In this document: piece by piece, positions 11,018 through 14,243 of the stretch
How positions within the stretch are numbered: the first letter of the stretch is position 1
How the letters are laid out: every line of letters begins with the position of its first letter
Virus record (IMG/VR): IMGVR_UViG_2698536676_000001
Reading direction: 5' to 3' (one strand)
Source of the DNA: a virus
Lineage: Duplodnaviria; Heunggongvirae; Uroviricota; Caudoviricetes
Length of the DNA stretch: 14,243 bases
Notes under the pieces: generated by a model
What the model was told of the DNA's origin: nothing
The model's database searches: none
Seen by the model: only the letters and a program-made list of their open reading frames with translations
Position numbers and translations under genes: made by a program

Positions 11018-11656
11018 ATGAGCAAGCAAACAATATCTGAACGCATAACCCAACGTATGCATGCGCTAAACCTGAAAGGCAAAGACCTTGTCAATGCCAC
11101 TGGCGCATCAAAAGGCTCCGTAAGTCAATGGATGAACGGTGGAGGAGCGCCGTCCTCGCGTTACATAAGTTCACTGGCAAAGATATTGAAAGTAAACGAA
11201 AATTGGCTTCTTAATGGAGGAGAGTTAAATACAGGTGATTCGCTTGATCTATCTTTACCGCCGATAAAAACGGTTCCGCTACTATCACTTCAGCAGGCAG
11301 CAAGCTGGAGTGATTATATGAAAAATTCCTCAATAACCTCTTGTGTGCAGCTTGTCGGAGAAATCCCGGCCAATACCTTTGCAGTTGTTCTAGAGAGTGA
11401 CAGTATGTCAACATCTGGTGGGGGAGTTTCCATCCCAAATGGTTCAACAGTTTTTGTTGATCCCGATCGAACCGTACAACCAGGAAATATTGTCCTTGCC
11501 TTACCCAAAGGGACCACAACACCTGTCATTCGTAAACTGGAGATAGAAGGGCCGGATATTCTTTTAGTCCCCACGAATCCTCGCTACCCTTCAATTATGC
11601 TGGATGATCTATCTTGCATATTGGGCGTATGCTTTAAAATTCAACAAGATATTTAA
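11018..11656 (+). CDS. CI-like prophage repressor, HTH (XRE) N-terminal domain plus S24 LexA-like peptidase C-terminal domain
   Basis: 212 aa; HTH in ATGASKGSVSQWMNGGGAPSSRYISSLAKIL; S24 signature with Ser in LESDSMS and Lys in VIRKLEIEG; divergent from the cro-like gene; no Shine-Dalgarno upstream. Confidence 0.85.
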   Translation: MSKQTISERITQRMHALNLKGKDLVNATGASKGSVSQWMNGGGAPSSRYISSLAKILKVNENWLLNGGELNTGDSLDLSLPPIKTVPLLSLQQAASWSDYMKNSSITSCVQLVGEIPANTFAVVLESDSMSTSGGGVSIPNGSTVFVDPDRTVQPGNIVLALPKGTTTPVIRKLEIEGPDILLVPTNPRYPSIMLDDLSCILGVCFKIQQDI

Positions 11657-11722
11657 CCAACCTCATCTATTTGATTAACTGTATGCCATCGTGGTGATGG
11701 CTTAACAGCTGCCTGCTTAAAA

Positions 11723-11769
11723 TGTTTTGATAAAAAAACATTGACCTGTAAAGTTCATTTTTCTAAACT
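11723..11769 (+). promoter_or_regulatory. PL-like promoter with adjacent operator-like site driving the downstream ydfA-dicF-dicB operon
   Basis: TGTTTTGATAAAAAAACA (11723-11740, same TGTTTT-N6-AAAACA outline as the OR sites) directly abuts a TTGACC -35 (11741-11746), 17-bp spacer, TAAACT -10 (11764-11769). Confidence 0.4.
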
Positions 11770-11948
11770 TCATTCATTCCCTCACTCCACCCCACAGAAT
11801 GCAGGGCAATACTTCGAGTTACCCGGCAGTGGTCAGGGGTTAAGTAGCCAGCCCGAGGCGTAAGAACATGACGGCAGGGTTCAACTTTAATAACTATGCA
11901 GCAGGTTTTTGTTCCGCTACCCCGGCGTTAAGGGGAAATGAGGTCAAC

Positions 11949-12101
11949 ATGGATACTATCGATCTTGGCAACAACGAATCTCTGGTGTGCGGCGTGTTTC
12001 CCAACCAGGACGGCACGTTCACCGCGATGACGTATACCAAAAGCAAAACGTTTAAAACCGAAGCTGGCGCGCATCGCTGGTTAGCAAGAAACTCTGACTG
12101 A
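11949..12101 (+). CDS. ydfA: YdfA-like small protein (first gene of dicBF-type operon), function unknown
   Basis: 50 aa from ATG 11949 (GAGG 6 nt upstream): MDTIDLGNNESLVCGVFPNQDGTFTAMTYTKSKTFKTEAGAHRWLARNSD, resembling remembered Qin YdfA. A longer 77-aa form from 11868 is possible but has a weaker ribosome-binding site. Confidence 0.55.
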   Translation: MDTIDLGNNESLVCGVFPNQDGTFTAMTYTKSKTFKTEAGAHRWLARNSD

Positions 12102-12112
12102 TGAGGTTGACG

Positions 12113-12751
12113 ATGGAATTTAAAGATTTACCTACTTCAATCCAGGAGATTGCAGCACACACACTTCGTCATCGTCTGAACGAACTTGCATTGGAATCGG
12201 TAACGAAAAAAGACACTGATAATATGGCTCGTAATGTGCGCGATGCGTTTACCGGATTGTATTTCTGTGCGTCTGTAAATAAACACGACTCAGATAGTGT
12301 GGCAAATAAAATTGCAGAAACGACAGCGCAAAACATCAATACGAAACCAACGGAAGAAGAAATTGATCAGTTTGCTCATGATGCTGGTTTAAAAAACAAG
12401 AAAGAAAAATCGCCATATGCGGGGAACATGTTTGTTTATGACAATCTCATCAGAATTCGTGGCGAAATTCCGGCGGAATACCTGGCAAGAGTCCATCAGG
12501 CATTGCTTAAAAATCTGGAAACAGAATTATTTGATGGCAACACTAACGGTTTCTTCATGGTATCAGGCCTTGAGAAAGACTGGGATGCAGAAAAACGCTG
12601 GAATGTTGCCACATGGTTATTCAGTAACAGAGCCGCTGCCCTGGAAGCTTCGGCATGTATTTGCGGCCTGTTCTTAACAGACCACAAATATAATCTGGAT
12701 GTGTACAGTTATATTTACGCTGAACACGGTCCGCTCTGGATTGACTGGTAA
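12113..12751 (+). CDS. Uncharacterised 212-aa protein in the early operon; no recognisable catalytic or transmembrane motifs
   Basis: ORF track 12101-12751; start preferred at MEFKDLPTS (ATG 12113, GAGG 6 nt upstream). The alternative ATG at 12101 overlaps the ydfA-like stop (TGATG). AT-rich codon usage distinct from the lambda head block. Confidence 0.6.
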   Translation: MEFKDLPTSIQEIAAHTLRHRLNELALESVTKKDTDNMARNVRDAFTGLYFCASVNKHDSDSVANKIAETTAQNINTKPTEEEIDQFAHDAGLKNKKEKSPYAGNMFVYDNLIRIRGEIPAEYLARVHQALLKNLETELFDGNTNGFFMVSGLEKDWDAEKRWNVATWLFSNRAAALEASACICGLFLTDHKYNLDVYSYIYAEHGPLWIDW

Positions 12752-12961
12752 TTATAAGGAAACACCAGCAGGGCCGAGGCGACCAACTGAACGATTAAAA
12801 TCAATAATGCCATTATAAAGGACATTATTTAATTTATCGTCGAATGCTGATTCTGTGAGCCTCAACTCTGAATGAGTTTTTAATAACCCTGATTGCCTGA
12901 GTTGATTTACCAGGCATTCAATCTGTTTTTCAATAAGCGGATTTCTTTTTTTGTTTGGCAT
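12752..12961 (-). CDS. Possible convergent small protein (69 aa), hypothetical
   Basis: Minus-strand ORF MPNKKRNPLIEKQIECLVNQLRQSGLLK... with GGAGG 6 nt upstream of the ATG at 12961; its stop abuts the stop of the 212-aa gene. Could be a spurious ORF in AT-rich DNA. Confidence 0.3.
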   Translation of the reverse strand: MPNKKRNPLIEKQIECLVNQLRQSGLLKTHSELRLTESAFDDKLNNVLYNGIIDFNRSVGRLGPAGVSL

Positions 12962-13296
12962 TTTATCCTCCATTGAGGTTCTGGGTTAAAAATGGAGACC
13001 AACACGCTGCCACGTGTGGTCGTGCGCCGGACACGGATAAGAATCCGGTACTGACAGTTTACTGAAAGGATATATCCCTGAAAAGCCAGGGCATAACGCG
13101 AAAGCGCACGGCGAAGTTCGTCTCACTGTACGGTGTCGTTAAATTTAATTCGACCGTGCGCTTCCGGTTGTGGCACTCCGCGAAATGGCGCGGCGGTAAG
13201 TATGGCGGGGTTATTCCTCCCCCATTGAGACACCGGGTTGCCAGGTTGACCATACGCTTAAGTGACAACCCCGCTGCAACGCCCTCTGTTATCAAT

Positions 13297-13349
13297 TTTC
13301 TGGTGACGTTTGGTGGTATCAGTTTTACTCCGTGACTGCTCTGCTGCCC
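13297..13349 (+). ncRNA. dicF: DicF small RNA homologue (antisense regulator of ftsZ and other mRNAs)
   Basis: TTTCTGGTGACGTTTGGTGGTATCAGTTTTACTCCGTGACTGCTCTGCTGCCC followed by TTTTT matches the remembered 53-nt DicF of Qin, with two substitutions in the terminal stem that keep pairing as G-U wobbles. Confidence 0.75.
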
Positions 13350-13359
13350 TTTTTAAAGT

Positions 13360-13505
13360 GAATTTTGTGATGCGGTGAATGCGGCTGAGCGCACGCGGAA
13401 CAGTTAAAACCAAAAACAGTGTTATGGATGGGTTCTCTGTATCCGGCGTTAATTGTTAACTGGTTAACGTCACCTGGAGGCACCAGGCACCGCATCACAA
13501 AATTC
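13360..13505 (+). promoter_or_regulatory. Long inverted repeat: perfect 18-bp arms (13360-13377, 13488-13505) flanking 110 bp; probable RNase III processing stem between dicF and dicB
   Basis: GAATTTTGTGATGCGGTG and its exact reverse complement CACCGCATCACAAAATTC; the interior holds a GTTAAC-TG-GTTAAC palindrome. Lies between the DicF terminator and the dicB ribosome-binding site. Confidence 0.6.
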
Positions 13506-13523
13506 ATTGTTGAGGGTGCGATA

Positions 13524-13712
13524 ATGAAAACGTTATTACCAAACGTTAATACGTCTGAAGGTTGTTTTGAAATTGGTGTCACTATCAGTAACCCAGTATT
13601 TACTGAAGATGCCATTAACAAGAGGAAACAAGAACGGGAGCTATTGGATAAAATATGCATTGTTTCAATGCTGGCCCGTTTACGCCTGATGCAAAAAGGA
13701 TGCTGGCAATGA
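13524..13712 (+). CDS. dicB: Cell division inhibitor DicB (MinC-activating)
   Basis: 62 aa MKTLLPNVNTSEGCFEIGVTISNPVFTEDAINKRKQERELLDKICIVSMLARLRLMQKGCWQ matching remembered Qin DicB; GAGGG 7 nt upstream of ATG. Confidence 0.85.
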   Translation: MKTLLPNVNTSEGCFEIGVTISNPVFTEDAINKRKQERELLDKICIVSMLARLRLMQKGCWQ

Positions 13713-13912
13713 ATACTACATTTGCACTTGTTCTGACGGTTTTTCTTGTTTCCGGTGAACCGGTTGACATGGTTACTGGCGTATACGGCTCAATGAAAGA
13801 ATGCATGGTTGCCGCAGTGGAACAGAAAATTCCCGGTAACTGTTATCCGGTCGATAAAGTTATTCACATGGATAATAACGAAATCCCGGCAGGACTTAAA
13901 ACAGCACCGTAA
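13709..13912 (+). CDS. ydfD: YdfD-like small membrane protein (reported lysis-inducing protein in Qin)
   Basis: 67 aa from ATG 13709, overlapping the dicB stop as ATGA: MNTTFALVLTVFLVSGEPVD...; hydrophobic N-terminal segment; resembles remembered YdfD. Confidence 0.6.
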   Translation: MNTTFALVLTVFLVSGEPVDMVTGVYGSMKECMVAAVEQKIPGNCYPVDKVIHMDNNEIPAGLKTAP

Positions 13913-13992
13913 TTAATATCCGGTTTCATTTTTATATGCCAGCAATGGCAGGGATTTGTTCACCCTTAAATCTGTAATGAGGTTAAAACAAA

Positions 13993-14243
13993 ATGAGTAA
14001 AGTCTTTATTTGCGCCGCTATTCCTGACGAACTGGCAACAAGGGAAGAAGGCGCTGTGGCTGTAGCCACAGCCATTGAAGCTGGCGACGAACGCCGTGCT
14101 CGAGCAAAATTTCACTGGCAATTCCTGGAACATTATCCGGCTGCTCAGGACTGCGCTTATAAATTTATTATCTGCGAGGATAAGCCCGGTATACCCCGCC
14201 CTGCCCTCGATTCCTGGGATGCTGAATATATGCAGGAAAACCG
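13993..14243 (+). CDS. ydfE: YdfE-like protein, 5' part only (ORF runs off the window end)
   Basis: Open frame from ATG 13993 (GAGG upstream) with no stop to the window end: MSKVFICAAIPDELATREEGAVAVATAIEAGDERRARAKFHWQFLEHYPAAQDCAYKF...; resembles the gene following ydfD in Qin. Confidence 0.55.
   Translation, partial: MSKVFICAAIPDELATREEGAVAVATAIEAGDERRARAKFHWQFLEHYPAAQDCAYKFIICEDKPGIPRPALDSWDAEYMQEN

Noticed and set aside
11686-11700. Hairpin CCATC-GTGGT-GATGG after the repressor gene as a terminator
   Set aside because: Only a 5-bp stem and not followed by a T-tract; too weak to call.
11868-12101. The 77-aa form of the ydfA-like ORF starting at 11868
   Set aside because: Weak ribosome-binding site and an N-terminal extension of low complexity; the internal ATG at 11949 has a GAGG at good spacing and gives a product the size of YdfA. 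Kept as an alternative only.
13360-13505. Retron msr/msd or a miniature inverted-repeat transposable element, suggested by the 18-bp perfect inverted repeat
   Set aside because: There is no reverse transcriptase gene nearby and no target-site duplication or transposase; the position between DicF and dicB fits an RNase III processing stem better.
13059-13660. Minus-strand ORFs of 78 aa (13059-13295) and 111 aa (13325-13660)
   Set aside because: They overlap the structured leader, the DicF RNA and the antisense of dicB, and their translations lack protein-like character; regarded as non-coding.
13993-14243. Assignment of the terminal partial ORF to a lambda early-left gene such as ea10
   Set aside because: My recollection could not distinguish reliably between candidates; the flanking dicB-ydfD context makes a ydfE-like identity more consistent, so only that is reported.

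Overview
This window is a mosaic, deletion-scarred lambdoid prophage segment, read here without any database search (all protein identities are from memory of well-known phage sequences). Left two thirds (82-9093, minus strand): a contiguous phage-lambda-type head gene block, W-B-C/Nu3-D-E-FI-FII, with lambda-like lengths and intergenic spacings. It is bounded by two deletion junctions: (i) the terminase large subunit gene A lacks its 5' ATPase-encoding part and abuts a replication gene; (ii) the first ~29 codons of tail gene Z are fused in frame to the tape-measure gene H from about H codon 47, with Z(3')-U-V-G-T absent. Middle (9132-11656): a Rac/e14-type immunity and replication module: replication protein with internal CGTGAC iteron arrays, YdaT-like and Cro/YdaS-like genes, a divergent operator region, and a CI-like S24 repressor. 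Right (11657-14243, plus strand): a Qin-type dicBF division-inhibition operon (ydfA-like, an uncharacterised 212-aa protein, DicF sRNA, a long RNase III-type inverted-repeat stem, dicB, ydfD-like, ydfE-like partial). The most interesting unexplained content is the 212-aa protein with a convergent small ORF, and the ~320-bp structured non-coding leader upstream of DicF. I did not find a clear novel system beyond these candidates.
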